64,000 nucleotides of DNA from the human T2T-CHM13v2.0 reference genome, Homo sapiens: the NCBI RefSeq assembly GCF_009914755.1, contig NC_060926.1. The stretch is one strand, 5' to 3'. The notes beneath the pieces are model-generated. The model was not told the DNA's origin. It worked only from the letters and a program-made list of their open reading frames with translations, and did not search any database. Position numbers and translations under genes: made by a program. This document shows positions 14,056 to 31,905 of the stretch, in pieces. Position 1 is the stretch's first letter. Each line of letters begins with the position of its first letter.

Positions 14056-14227
14056 CCACACACACACACACACACACACGTAATATATGACAGACAAGGA
14101 GTTAATAGCCTGAATACATCTTTAAAATAAATAAGAAAAAAATAATATACCACACTAAATAATAATAATAAACTACACAAATGAAGTGGGAAAAATGGAG
14201 AAATATATCAATAGAAAACAGAAAACT

Positions 14228-14583
<356 letters not shown>

Positions 14584-14881
14584 TCATCAGAAAGAATTAC
14601 CAACGGCTGGCCTGTAAAAGAGTCCAAGTAATAAAAAGAGAAAAGGAAAAGGAAAGCAAACTAAAGCAACAATGATATACTATTTGTTTTTGCTTATCAA
14701 ATTTGCAAAATTTTCAAAAATGCTAATCCCCAGTGTTGGGAAGGACATAGTGAAGGAGGCACTCTCATAGGATTGGTGACAAGAGCCTAAGTTGATACAT
14801 CCTTCCTGGAAGGCAATTTGACAATATGTACCAAATCCTTGAAAGTGTGCATACTCCTTGATCTACTCTATTTAACTTTTT

Positions 14882-15158
14882 AAATTAAAAAAAAAAAATT
14901 AAAGTATTGAGATAGTTTGTTTGAATATATTAATATAAACTCTGTAGCAGAAGTCTTTCTGAAACTGACATAAAGACAGAAACCATGCCTATAATCCCAG
15001 CACTTTGGGAGGCCGAGGAGGATGAATTACTTGAACTCAGGAGTTCAAGACAAGCCTGGCCAACATGGTGAAACCCTGTCTCTACTAAAAAATACAAAAG
15101 TTAGCCAATGTGGTGGTGCATGCCTGTAATCTCAGCTACTTGGGAGGCTAAAGCAGTA
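14882..15158 (+). repeat. Local duplicate of 13004-13285 (non-Alu flank plus partial Alu)
   Basis: Flank matches at about 71/79 positions (13030-13108); same Alu 5' truncation point and shared non-consensus bases. Confidence 0.9.
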
Positions 15159-15170
15159 GATCCCCTTCTA

Positions 15171-15584
<414 letters not shown>

Positions 15585-16959
15585 TTAAATCATGGTAAAT
15601 TCATAGTGAAATATAAGCGATCAATAAAAATTTCATTGACAAGAAAAAATGTTCACAATGTATTGCTAAGTATAAAAAGCGAGTCATAGAACAGACGTAC
15701 AGTATGAACCCATTTATGTAATAAAATATATATGCACAGAAAAAATATCTTAAAGGATATAACCAAAACCATAGCAATGTGTATCTCTGACAAATATTAG
15801 CATGATTTTTAATTTTCTTTTTCTGTTTCCTACTTCTCTTGTAAGAAACATGGCAGTGTGCACTGGCAGAGACCCCGCAGGTAATGCAGACCCCACCATA
15901 CCCCCACCTTTCCATCTACCTGGTGGGGTTCCCTGTCCAGAGCTACCCTGTGGCTCTGAGCATTGATACCCTTTGTATGAGACATAAATGCTATTTCTTG
16001 TGCTGCTGTTTTAACTTTTCAAGCTTAATCTTGCCTCCTCAATTTGCTGTGGTAAGACTGGGTAAGGTTTGTGTCTCACATTTCTTGTGTGTTCTTCACA
16101 CTGCCTACTACATAGCAAGTTCACAGCAAACAGCCTAAGAAAGAATGTGTCACTTCTGTGCCCAAGATCTCGTGGGCTGGCTGGCCCCACAGGTGTGGCA
16201 TCTGAAAGAGCTCAGTTCTAGGCCAGCTTGAGGCTGCATGTTGTGGGCTACCTGTCAATCTAGTTCTATGAAGATGCCTATTGTCCTGCTAATTACTGTA
16301 GAGTGATGGGGCTGCTTGTTTAAAGCATAGGTTATTGCCCTCACATCCAGAGGCAAAGCCAATCCTGTGGCATCCTGTAATTAATGAGCCCATAGCATTT
16401 CTTCCTGCCTCTAGTGCAAAGTTGGCTTTGATCCAAGGGAGCACTTCCCCTCCATCTACAACTTCACATCTTTGCTGTTGGAGGCCTCTTCTGAGAAAGT
16501 ACCTCCTTTCTTAAACTGGGGGGCTGATCAGAATAGCCCTATGTCCCTGGTGTTTAAAGTCAGCTTCACCAGCTCCCCCTCGTCCTTCTGAGTGATAGAG
16601 TATGCTCTTAAGTCCAAGCAAATCTACTATCCAACCAGCTCAGTTTATAGGCCCAGAGGCCAAAAGAACCCTAGAGACCACTGCAGGGGTGACAGACGGT
16701 TTGTTCATTCAAATTCAAAAAGTAAATGTTTATAGTTGTCGATAATCTCTGCAATCAGCACTCACTTCAGTTAAATCCTCTGTAGAAAAATGAGTTAAAT
16801 CCTCTGGAGAGGGAGTCAGAATCAGGAAGAGGCCAGACAACTGCCTCTTTTTCTCCTTGTGTATGTGTGAATGTGTCTGGTGCTCACAAGGTTCTTGAAG
16901 GAGTGGACGGAGGAGAGAAGTCCTGAAGTCTTTGCCATGAGCACATGTGAGAGGCTTTA

Positions 16960-17150
16960 TGGAGGCCAAGCCCAGACTTCCATCATGGGGACCTTGGCCA
17001 AGGTACTTCACAGCTCTGTGCCTCAGCTTCCTCATCTGTAAAATGGGATGATCATAGAGGACCTGCCTCACAGAGTGGTTGTTAATGGATGTTAAGCACG
17101 TAGAACACTGCCCAGCCCAAGGTGAACAGGACACAAGTGTTTGCCACTGT
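16960..17150 (+). mobile_element. MIR SINE
   Basis: ctctgtgcctcagcttcctcatctgtaaaatgggatgatcatag. Confidence 0.85.
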
Positions 17151-17433
17151 TAACAAAAGCAGAGGGAGCCTTTTGAAAATGTCATCTTTTGAGTCCCCTG
17201 AGCACTCTCTTGCTCTCTCTGTGAAGAAAGATTCCACACAGCCTGGCATGAGAGCAAGGTCCCTTCCCAGGTGCTTTAGAAGCCAAAGAAGTGGCTGTAG
17301 CTGAGCTGGAAGACAGCTACTGGCCACAGAACATTCCTTTGGAAGCTCTTCTCCAAGCAGCCCACCAAGGGCCTTGGGTGTTGAGAGAGCCCAGCCGGCC
17401 ATGACGGCTGCCAGAGGCCTAAAACGAGGGTTG

Positions 17434-17769
17434 TGCTGCGGTTTCAATGTTTCTCCCAGAAAGCATGTGTTGGAAACTTAATTCCCAATGCAAGTGCTGG
17501 GATGTGGGGCCTGAGAAGTGATCAGGCCATGGGGCAGAGTGAATGAATGCTATTATCATGGGAGTGGGTTCCTCACAAAAGGACAAATTTGGCTCCCTTT
17601 TCTCTCTTCCACTCTTTTCGCCTTTCCACCTTCCACCATGGGCTGACGCAGCAAAGCCCCTCGATCTTGGACTTCCTAGCCTCTAGAACTGTAGGAAGTA
17701 AATCTCTGCTCATTATAAATTGCCCAGTCTGTGGTATTCTGTAATAGCAGCACAAAATGGACTAATACA
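17434..17769 (+). mobile_element. MST (MSTD-like) solo LTR, ERVL-MaLR
   Basis: tgctgcggtttcaatgtt...tgtgttggaaacttaattcccaatgc...tagcagcacaaaatggactaataca with TG...CA ends. Confidence 0.88.
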
Positions 17770-17969
17770 GGGTGTTTGAGAGGAATCCCACACTGGCTTA
17801 CGGGAGAGCCATCTGCCACAAACGGAGTCTTCTAAGGGTGAGGGTTGGCCAAGGCTCCAATTCTTGGAGGAAAGGTTTCTTTTCTGTAGCCTGAAAGTCT
17901 GAGATAGAAAAGCAGAAGAGGAATAGGGACCAACTCCAGATGGAGTCCTTGTTTTTAAGAGGTGGGGTA

Positions 17970-18290
<321 letters not shown>

Positions 18291-18589
18291 CTAGTCAGTT
18301 GGTCTCATGGCAGGACACTACTTCAGACACATCAGTATTTGGTAAGAAGATAGACTACCTGAGTCATTAAGAAACATTCATTTTCTTATATGGTAGAATC
18401 TGTTCTTCCCTCTGAACCTAGACTTTCTGAAAGGAAGTTAAACCTCTTCTCGTCTCCTGCTCTATCTCCTCACCTAAGCCTCAGCATTTTCTTGTTCAAT
18501 CAACAAACATCTTGGTTCCAGGCACTTGAACCAGCCTTGGGCCTCAGGTGAATTGATGTCACTGGTCCCCGTCTGTTGTTACCTGCTCA

Positions 18590-18705
18590 CTGGGGCTCAG
18601 AATGCCACTGCCTTTTGTCTATTTTGTTAAATGCTGTACCCCCAGTGTTTAGAATAGTGCCTGGCTCACGGTATGTGCTCAGCAAATAGCTGTTAAATGA
18701 ATGCA
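18590..18705 (+). mobile_element. L2 3' end
   Basis: tttagaatagtgcctggctcacggtatgtgctcagcaaatagctgttaaatgaatg. Confidence 0.8.
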
Positions 18706-18780
18706 TGAAGATGCTGCAGTGTCCATCGCCCTCCCTCAAGCCCATGCCACCCTCACACAGAGAGGTTCCACTATGGTTTC

Positions 18781-19083
18781 TTATTATTATTATTATTTTG
18801 AGTCAGGGTCTCATTCTGTTTCCCAAGCTGGAGTGCAGTGGCAATCGCAGCTCATTGCAGCCTGGACCTCCAGGGCTCAAGCAATCCTCCCACCTCAGCC
18901 TCCTGAGTAGCTGGGACTACAGGCACAAGCTACTATACTCTGCTAATTTTTAAACTTTTTGTGGAGACGGGGTTTCCCTATGTTTCCCAGGCTGGTCTTG
19001 AACTCCTGGGCTCAGGCAATCTTCCCACCTTGGCCTCCCAAAGTGCTGGGCTTATAGGAGTGAGCCACCATGTGCACCCAGCC
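18781..19083 (-). mobile_element. AluJ
   Basis: Antisense dimer with (TTA)n tail; flanking direct repeat tggtttctt. Confidence 0.9.
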
Positions 19084-19683
19084 TGTGGTTTCTTTTATCA
19101 ATGTTTTTGTTCCACTTCTACATCCACTTTTATCTAATTCTGTTGTCTTCTTGACACGCATGCCAAATTGTCAATTTTATTTGTCTTAAATGTATTTATT
19201 AAAGTTACAGATTTTCTTGTTTTCTAATTCATTAACTTCTTTTATCTTAATTTGCTCCAGTTCCTTCTTGTCAGCTTATTTTTTGTTGTCTTGCTTCTTG
19301 AGTGTCCAACTTGCTCAGTTAAATTCTATCTGGTTTAATAATAAAGCATTTAATTCCAAGCATTTTTCTTTGAGAATAGCTGAGCCACATTTAGTAAACT
19401 TTGTAGTGTCTTCAACATCCTTAATTTCTCCATAGCTTGTGACTGCATGTAGAGAATGACAATCTATCCCACTACCCACCCCCAAACTTCACTAGCCATT
19501 CTCCTGTTCTTTGAGAGGGAAATTCGCATCTACTCATTGTTTATAAAAAGCTTTTTGTAAATACACCTTCAAGCCACTTCCCTTCAACCCAGATACCACC
19601 CACCCCTCAGCCCCTGTTTACATAGAGACTCAGGAGCCATGGGGGAGAGCCATGTGCTGGGCACTGTCTGCCCTTCGATAGCC

Positions 19684-19953
19684 CAGGGTTTCTCAATGTT
19701 AGCACTATTGACACTTTGAGCTGGATAATTCTTTGTGGCCAGGCTGTCCTGTGCATTGTAGGATGTTTGGCAGCATCCTGGCCTCTTTCTACCCACTAGA
19801 TGCCAGTAGAATATGTGCACATGCACATGCCCATGCCCATGTGCGCACACACACATACACCCCAAGTTGTGACGACTAAAAATATCTCCAGACATTGCCA
19901 GGTGTCCTGTGCTGGGGCTGGGGGGTAAAACTGTCCCTGTTTGAGAACCACTG
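19684..19953 (-). mobile_element. MER20 hAT MITE with internal CA-rich expansion
   Basis: cagggtttctcaa...tgtcctgtgcattgtaggatgtttggcagcatcc...tttgagaaccactg terminal inverted repeats. Confidence 0.9.
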
Positions 19954-20604
19954 ATACAGTCCTATAAAAGCCACAGCCACAGAGAAGCCAGGACACACAA
20001 TCTTACCTCCCACCTCCGCAAAGGTCTGGGAGGACCAAGGCCTGGAGGTCCCACAGTGGGGCCCCCTACGGTTAGGTGTAGGAGCTGCAAATGAGGAGGC
20101 AAAGGAGGCCAATTCTGTTTCCTTAGGTGGGTGTAAATCTTCCCTCTTGCAGATGGAAAGAAAATGGGATCTAGGTGGCTTCTAGCTGGGAGGTACCTTC
20201 AAACTTAGGAGACCAAGAGGGTACAGGGGCAGCCTTCTCCAGCACCCAGTGGCCTTGGCCTCGGTTAGAGGGCATAAGAGGACACCAAGACTCATGGGAG
20301 CCCAGTCCAGCCCAGAGGGAAGAGGGCCAGATAGGATTCAGAGCTGAAGCCCTGGCCAAAGCAGAGAGAACACCCTTACTTCATAGAGCCTCAGGGTACA
20401 AGAACATCAGCAGCCCCTCTGTTCTCAGGAAGCAAGTGGGATCTGTACTTGGTCATAAAAAGAAGCCCATTACCCTTTACATAAAATAACATCCTGATCA
20501 TTTAGCGCTATTAATGTGTAAAATGCACATACCCTTGACCTAGCAGGTACATTGCTATGAGTGTATTTTATGGCTATACCAGCACAAGTGCTCGGGGTCT
20601 ACAG

Positions 20605-20845
20605 AGGGGCTGTGGCATACTAATCCAGAGTGCAGCCTTGGGTTGGGGCCTGGCTGCCTGGGTTCAAGTCCCAGATCTACCACCTACCAGGTATGTGATC
20701 TTGGGAAAGTTATTGACCTCTTTGCAACAGAGTTCCTTCATTGTGACATACAGGCAGTAAAAGGACCTATCTCTTGGGCTGCTACAAAGATTATGTAACT
20801 TACCATATTCCAACAACATAGTCTGTGGTCAATAAATGCTAGCTA
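20605..20845 (+). mobile_element. MIR SINE
   Basis: cctgggttcaagtcccagatctaccacctaccaggtatgtgatcttgggaaagttattgacctct. Confidence 0.8.
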
Positions 20846-20955
20846 AAAATCTGGGAATTTAAATGCCAATCATTGGTTAAATACATGTGACATATCCATT
20901 CTGTGAAATACTGGGTAGCCATTGAAAGAAATGAAGTAGAACGCTATCTACTTAA

Positions 20956-21250
20956 GCCGGGCGCAGGTTGCTCACGCCTGTAATCCCAGCACCTTGGGAG
21001 GCTGAGGCGGGTGGATCACCTGAGGTCAGGAGTCCTAGACCAGCCTAACCAACATGGAGAAACTCCGTTTCTACTTTAAAAAAATACAAAATGAGCCGGG
21101 CGTGTTGGCGCATGCCTGTAATTCCAGCTACTTGGGAGGCTGAGGCAGAATTGCTTGAACCCTGGAGGCGCAGGTTGTGGTAAGCCAAGATCGCACCATT
21201 GCACTCCGGCATGGGCAACAAGAACGAAACCCTGCCTCAAAAAAAAAAAG
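20956..21250 (+). mobile_element. AluSp/Sq-like
   Basis: aacatggagaaac diagnostic; flanking direct repeat tatctacttaa. Confidence 0.9.
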
Positions 21251-21532
21251 AACTATATCTACTTAAATAAGTAGAGCGTATTTAATAATAAGTAATAAAT
21301 ATGAATATATATATAATAGAAAAATTGTGCTAAATTTTATAATATAGATGATACACATGCAGAAAAGTATATATCATTTGAGCTTATTTGCATATAAAAA
21401 GAGCTATGTATAAATAGCTATGTGACTTTAACTGCACAGAAAGTTTCTAGATCCCTCAAGAAGCTCATTATATCTAGGGAGTGGGACTGGAGGACCAGGG
21501 AACTTTTGCTTTCTCCTTTGATATTGTTTTGA

Positions 21533-21886
<354 letters not shown>

Positions 21887-22245
21887 TGAATGAGATAAAT
21901 CTATCTCATTCATTCATTTCCGCTGCTGTGGAAAATTTTTCAAGATTTCTTATTAATTTTTTTAAGTGGCAGAATATGAGTAATATAATACAAGCCATAG
22001 GAACGAATCTCCATTCACAAATCCAGGTGTGCAAGAAATCAAATTTTAGTCTATAACTCAACTCATTGATTATGGTAAGCTTCAATCCTGACAATAGAAA
22101 ACTTAATTTCAGGTATGTCTGAATTCTCCAGAATATTCAGAAGTGCCAGGCATGAGGCTGCCGATGAAGTCAGCAGAGGCCAGGTCTGGCAGCAGAGGCA
22201 GCCAGGAACCTTGGATCAGGTTGCCTGTGTCTTCACGGCCTAGTC

Positions 22246-22469
22246 CAACCTTGTCCAACCCACAGCCTGTGGGCCGCATGCAGCCCAGGACAGCTTTGAA
22301 TGTGGCCCAATGCAAATTTGTAAACTTTCTTAAAACATTATGAAATGTTTTTGTGTGTTTTTTTTTTTTTAAGTTCATCAACTATTGTGTTAGTGTATTT
22401 TAGGTGTGGCCCAGACAATGCTTCTTCTTCCAATGTGGCCCAGGGAAGCCAAAAGACTGGACACCCCTG
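22246..22469 (-). mobile_element. MER30 hAT MITE
   Basis: caaccttgtccaacccacagcctgtgggccgcatgcagcccagg...agccaaaagactggacacccctg. Confidence 0.9.
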
Positions 22470-23022
22470 GCTAGCCCTACCATATGACTGCCTCCTTCTG
22501 GGATTGTAGTCCTGCCCCCAGCCAGCCTGGGGAGGACAGGGCTAAAAGGGTTGGGGTCCTTTCCACTCCCAAGGAAATCCTTCTTCCATCGTTTCCAGTC
22601 AAGGCATTCAGTCTGTGCAAGAGAATCCTCATCCTTTGATGAGCCACTCAGCAAATCCTGGAGTTGCCCTAAATGCTTAAGCTTTCAGCACACAAAAGCC
22701 AGAGATGCCTGAAGATAAATTCAGTTTTCTAACCTGAAAAGCTGCTCTGGAGGTAATGAGCTCCATAAATGTGAGGGCAGAAAAAGAGAAAATTCAGGAG
22801 AGAAAAAAATTAATTTCTCAGATACTATCCCTGCCACTCACATGTGTAAATGCAAAGCAAAAAGTGTAAACATTTCCACCAAATAATTAACAGTGCCTAC
22901 CTGTATGGTAGGCTTTAGGATGGGGGAAGGGGTGCAAGAAGAGCATTTATATACTTGTCTATATATTTCCAAACTGTTTGGATTTTTAAATGATGAAGCT
23001 GTATTCAGCACTGCTTATATAA

Positions 23023-23350
<328 letters not shown>

Positions 23351-24039
23351 TAACTTACTATCTTAAATAAATAAATACCCACACATCCTTTGCCTCCAGG
23401 GGGACAATGCAGGCCACATCTGTCTAGTTGGCTGGTGGGCAGACCTTTGGGAAGCCTATTTTCATGAGGGGTAGAAAGGTTCTGAAGGAAATAACTCTTT
23501 CTAAGGGAAGAAGGAAAACAGGCACAACAAGCTGACCCAGAGACAGTTGCGTTCAACAGCAAGAACTGATTCTGGGCTGGACTGGTATTTGTAATTTAGA
23601 TGTATCTGTAGGGCGAAGCCCCACGGCTCTATAAGGCAATGCAGGGACCAGCAGCCCCACAGCACTGCTGCTATAGGAGTGTCCGTGACTCCCAGCAGGT
23701 ATGGGGTGCCTGATGGGTGTGGCCGTGTCCAGCAAAACTGATAGCTACATGGGGTGTGGTAGGGGCAAAGGGAAGTCACAGAGCTGGAGGAGGGGAAAAG
23801 ACGAAAAGGTAATGGTAATTGTCTAACCTTGTCCACTAGCACAGGAGAGTCACACACCCTGGGGATGCCCAAAATGCTCATGGGATGAGGGTATGTGAAC
23901 TAGACAGGGGTCTAGTTCCCACACTGTCAAGTAGGGGCACGGGAGATACACAAGTGGAAAAGCTCTAAGGACGTGATAAGGGCACAAGAGTCCAGGTGTG
24001 TGTACAGGTGGGAAGCACAAGAGAGGGAGCCACAAAGTC

Positions 24040-25600
24040 TACAGGGGAGGGGCCAGGAAGGTCTCCTGAACAGCTGACGTGGGGTGATTCACAGTTGGAT
24101 AGATAGGCAGTAGGGATTTGCGTGGCAAGGGTGGAGGGCACAAGGAACTGCATGTGCAAAGGCCTGGAGCTGAGAGAGTGAGCAAGCAGCGTTGGGGGGA
24201 ACTGAAAGCAGTTCAAGCTGATGACAATGAATACAGGGGAGTGGCAGACAACGAGGCCACAAAGGTTGTGTTTCATGATAAGGAATTTGGACTTGATCCT
24301 GCAGGCAGTGGTGAAGCTCACAAGAGAAGTATTTAACAGGGAAATTAAATGATCAAACTTTCCAGTAACGTTTTTCACCACAACACTCCCATCTCTTTTA
24401 GTTAACTCCCACCCAGGCTGCAGTCTGAACATGAGAGCTGCTTCCTCCAGGAAGTGCTCCCTGAACACCCTCAGACTCAGCCCTCAGTCAAAACTTCTAG
24501 GGGTTCCCAAGCACCTCTGCCATCTTTCCCCACTGCACTGGGTCCTAATGACCTGTGCCCTGTCCTTTTCTCTCCTCCTTCATATGCTGTGAGTGCTGGA
24601 GGTCAGGACAGTATCTGTTATGTCCTATGTTGTATTCCCACAGCCTGCACAGAGCCTGGTATGGTAAGTACTCGATATGTATTTACTTAATGAAAAACAC
24701 ATTATCCTTAGCAAACTAATGCAGGAACAGAAAACCAACTACCACATGTTCTCACTTACAAGTGGGAGCTAAATGATGAGAACTCATGAACACAGAGGGG
24801 AGCAATACACACTGGGACCTCCTTGAGGGTGGAGGGTGGGGGGTGTGGGAAAAGGGAAAGGAGCAAAAAAAATAACTCTTGGGTACTAGGCTTAGTACCT
24901 GAGTGATGAAATAATCTGTACAACAAACCCCTGTGACACGAGTTTAACTATATAACAAACTTGCACATGTACCCCTGAACCTAAATTAAAAGTTAAAAAA
25001 AAAAAGTGTGAGAAGATAACTCTTGTGGTTTCCAACCAGAACTGTAGAGTACAGGTTGAAAACAGGGGGCAGGGGGCCAGGGAGAAGACCCTTGCAATCG
25101 TTTAGGTGAGAAGGGATGAGCGCCTGAGCTGAGGCAGTGGTGGTGGGGCTGGAGAGCAGGGAGAGATTGGGAAAATGTTTAGGAGGCAGAACTGATAGGC
25201 CAGGTGAGCAGATGAGGGAAGGGAGGGAGCCAGATAAGGGGAGGAGGACTCCTGGGATTCTGGCTTAAGCATTTGAGCAGATGATGGATTAACCAAGACT
25301 GTCTATTCTGGAAGAGGAAGCAATGTGTAGGGGAAGACGAAGAAACCAGTTTAGACATGCTGACTTTGACTTGCCTGTAAAGCATATAGGTGGAAAGGTC
25401 TCAGGTGGAACCACAAAACTGGAGCCCGGGACAGACATCTGGATTGAAGATAGAGATTTGGGAGCTGTCAGCCTGCAGGTGATGGTTAAAGACCAGGGAG
25501 GAAATAAGATCATCCAGGGAAAGGAGGAGGAGACGAAACAAGAAGAATGCCAACCTGTAAAGAGTGAGGGGAAGAGGAGCCACGGAGAGAAAGGGAGGCA
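24040..25600 (-). mobile_element. Antisense L2 fragments interrupted by a sense L2 3' end (~24400-24690) and an L1PA 3' end
   Basis: tgcaaaggcctggagctgagag...aaggaatttggacttgatcctgcaggcagtgg; resumes ggactcctgggattctggcttaagc...agatttgggagctgtcagc. Confidence 0.7.
24700..25005 (+). mobile_element. Older L1PA (PA13-16-like) 3' end
   Basis: attatccttagcaaactaatgcaggaacagaaaacc...tgcacatgtacccctgaacctaaattaaaagttaaaaaa. Confidence 0.9.
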
Positions 25601-25821
25601 TGAGAGAGGGAGGAAAAGCAGGAGCTGAAAGCAGCATCACCGCTAAGGGAGAAGCAGCTTCGGGGGCTAGCAAACAGGGTCCAACAGTGTGAAGAAACAG
25701 AGCCTGCCCAGGCCTCCCTTTACAACTGAGGAAAATGAGGCCGAGGGAGGCTGATGGAGGGTGCTGGAGGCATGTGCTATTAGTACCCATGGTCGTATAG
25801 GCCATGGCTCTCAAATTATGA

Positions 25822-26173
<352 letters not shown>

Positions 26174-27314
26174 AAGGTCAACATCATTTTTATAATAATA
26201 CCAAGAGTTTTTCTGCAGCATTCACTTTGCGGACATTTGCACTGATGATGCAAAAGCAACAGTATTTGGTGCCTTCTAGAGCCTTAAGTCAATGAAGAGG
26301 CACCAAACTGCACCAGGAGTCACAGTCTTCACCCCCATGTACTTGCAGTTCAACAGAAAGGCAAACTTAATGTAAAAATGTCCATGATAGAGTAATAATT
26401 ATTAATTTTATTAAAACTTATCCCTTGAATACATGTCTTATTAATACTCTGTACACAAAGCACTTCTGCTGAATACCTAAGTACTGGAAGCACTTACCTG
26501 ATTGTTTGAATTACAAGCTGACTACTTGCTTTTTCATAGAACATCATTTTTATTAGGAAAAAAATGACTAACAAACTATGATTATTCAGACTTGGGTATT
26601 TGGCAAACATTTTCTCAAAAATGAATTAAGTGAACCTGTCACCTCATAGAAAACAACTGACAGTATTTGTTGCCAACTGTAAAATTTGAGCTGTCAAGTG
26701 AAGATTTAAAATTTTGGAAAATGTGTATCCATGCTGGTAGATACCTAAAGACTTCTTAACACCTCAAGACTTTTCTGATGAAATCAGTGGTAACACTGAC
26801 AAATATGTTTTTGATATTATAGACTGAAATGTGCCTACATTTAGAAGATGTGAATAATTCACTGAACCATCATTTTCAAAATGACGAATGCATGATGTTA
26901 CAAAATCAGGCATGAATAAAAGACCCATTCAAAGTGCAAGATAGAGCAATGAAGTTTAATATAGAAAAGTATGAGTTCACTGATATGGATTCAACTAATT
27001 TTTTACACACATTACAACTAATTTTTCAGAAACTGCCATTTGTCTAATTTTGATGACATAACAAAGAAGAGTATCCACCATGATCTAAAAAGGTTATTAA
27101 AATACTATTTTTTCCAACTCCAAATCTGTATGTAGCTGGATTTCCTTCATCTACTTCAATCAAAACAACATACACAACAGACTGAATACAAAAACAGATA
27201 CGAGAATCCAACTATCTTCTATTAAGCCAAACATTAAAGAGAGTTGCAAAACTATAAAATGATACTACTATTATCTACATTTTTTTGTTGTTTTAGAGAA
27301 GACAGCTGTTTTTA

Positions 27315-27671
<357 letters not shown>

Positions 27672-27807
27672 TCATCAGTTTCTAATATGGCATTTTTCCA
27701 AAATACTAATTTTAATGTTTATCATATTTCAGACATGGTAAATATTGTTAAAACCACTAAATAAAAGTTATTTGGGGTTGTCTATAATTTTTAAGAGTGT
27801 AGAAGAG

Positions 27808-28845
<1,038 letters not shown>

Positions 28846-29072
28846 CAGACCCAACTATATGTGGCCTATGAAGATTAACTTCACATTTAAGAACACACAT
28901 AGAATGAAAGTGAAAGGCTAGAAAAAGACATTTCAGGCAAATGGAAACCAAAGAGAGCAGGGGTAGCTATACTTAAAACAGACTAAGTAAAAACTGTAAA
29001 ACAAGACAAAGAACATCATTACATAATGACAGAGGATCAATTTATCAAGACAATATAACAACTGTAAATATA

Positions 29073-29303
29073 CAGCTGACCCTTGAACAACACGGGTTTG
29101 AACTGCACAGGTCCACTTATATGCAGATTTTTTCCAACCAAATGAGGATCAAAAATACAGTACTCACAGGATGGGAAACCCATGTACATGGAGGGCCAAC
29201 TTTTCATATACAGAGGTTTCGCAGGGCAACTGTGGGACTTGAATGGTGCAGCTTTTGTTACACACAGAGGTACTGGAAGCAATCCCACACCAAGGGACAA
29301 CTG
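29073..29303 (+). mobile_element. MER8 (Tigger-family MITE)
   Basis: cagctgacccttgaacaacacgggtttgaactgc...caagggacaactg flanked by TA on both sides. Confidence 0.9.
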
Positions 29304-29400
29304 TAAATACATCCAACATCAAAGCTTCTAGATACATAAGGCAAATATCAATACATCTAGAGAGAGAGAGATTATAATACAATAATAGTAGGGGACTTTA

Positions 29401-29690
29401 GGCCAGGTGTGGTGGCTCACACCTGTAACCCCAGCACTTTGGGAGGCTGACGTGGGCAGATCACTGGAACTCAAGGGTTCAAGACCAGCCTGGCCAACAT
29501 GGCGAAATCACATCTCTACTAAAAATACAAAAATTAGCTGGACATGGTGGCTCCCACCTGTAATCTCAGCTACTCAGGAGGCTGAGGGAGGAGAATCACT
29601 CGAACCCGGGAGGAGGAGGTTTCAGTGAGCCGAGATTTTGCCACTGCACTCCAGCCTGGGTGACAAAGCAGGACTCCATTTCCATAATAA
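29401..29690 (+). mobile_element. AluS
   Basis: Dimer; TSD aataatagtag(g/a)gactt. Confidence 0.9.
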
Positions 29691-30110
29691 TAATAATAGT
29701 AGGAGACTTCAATAGTCCACTTTCAATAAAGCCAGAAAATCAAAAAGGAAACATCAAACTTGAACTACACTTTAGACCAAAGGAAACTAACAGACATAAA
29801 GAACATTCCATCCAACAGCAGCAGAAAATACATTCTTCCCAAGTGCACATGGAACATTCTTGAGGACAACTCACATGTTAGGCCACAAAACGAGTCTTAA
29901 TAAACTTTAGAAGACTGAAATCATACCAAGTATCTTTTCTGACCACAATGGTATGAAACTAGAAATAATAAAAAGAATTTTGGAAAATTTCACAAATACA
30001 AAGAAATTGAACAACATGCTCGTGAACAATAGCCAGACAAGGACACTACAAGAAAAGAAAATTATAGACCAATGGGACTACATCAGCATAGATACAAAAA
30101 TCCTCAATAA

Positions 30111-30620
<510 letters not shown>

Positions 30621-30684
30621 TTATTCCTGGGATGCAAGGATGGTTCAACATATACAAATCAATAAATATGATACACCACATTAA

Positions 30685-31009
<325 letters not shown>

Positions 31010-31577
31010 CTGATCATCTCAATTGATGGAGAAAGGTATTCAACAAAATTAAACATCCTTTCATGATTAAAAACTCTCAATAAATTAGGCACAGAAGGAA
31101 TGGACCTCAACACAGTAAGGGTCATGTACGATAAGCCCACAGCTAACATCATATTGAATAGTGAAAATTGAAAGTTTTTTTCGTAAGATTAGTAATAAGA
31201 CAAGAATGCTTATTTCAGACACTTCTATTGAAAACAGTATTGGAAATCCTAGCCAGAACAATTAGTCAAGAGAAAGAAATAAAATTTGTCCAAATCGCAA
31301 AGGAAAAAGTTAAATTGTCTGTCTGTTGATGACATGATCTTTAGATAGACAATAGTAAAGACTCACCAAAAAACTGTTAGAACTGATAAACATATTCAGT
31401 AAAGTTGCAGGATACAAAATCAACATGCATTTGCTTGTCTGTTAGTATTTTTTTAAAAAAAAGAAACAAAATCAACATGCAAAATTCAGTAGTGTTTATA
31501 TACAATAACAACGAACTATCAAAAAAATGAAGAAAACAATCTCATTTACAATAGCTATTTAAAAATACTTCGGAATA

Positions 31578-31905
31578 GGCTGGGCGCAGTGGCTCGCACC
31601 TGCAATCCCAGCACTTTGGGAGGCCAAGGTGGGAGGATCGCCTGAGCTCAGGAATTTGAGACCACACTGGGCAACATGGTGAAACCCCATCTCTACTAAA
31701 ATACAAAAAATTAGCCAGGTGTCATAGTGCGTACCTGTAGTCCCGGCTACTCAGGAGGCTGAGGCACGAGAATCACTTGATCCCAGGAGGCGGAGGTTGC
31801 AGTGAGTCGAGATCACGCCACTCCAGCTTGGGCTACAGAGTGAGACTCCACCTCAAAAATAAATAAATAAATAAAATAAAATAAAATAAAATAAAATAAA
31901 TGAAT
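31578..31905 (+). mobile_element. AluS/J with (AAAAT)n tail
   Basis: TSD aaaaatactt(c/a)ggaata. Confidence 0.9.

Noticed and set aside
16769-16810. 18-bp direct repeat agttaaatcctctg(t/g)aga with 24-bp period
   Set aside because: Ordinary small tandem duplication
26180-27300. hAT transposase-like sequence
   Set aside because: Degenerate Charlie1a internal sequence with no long open frame; not a domesticated transposase
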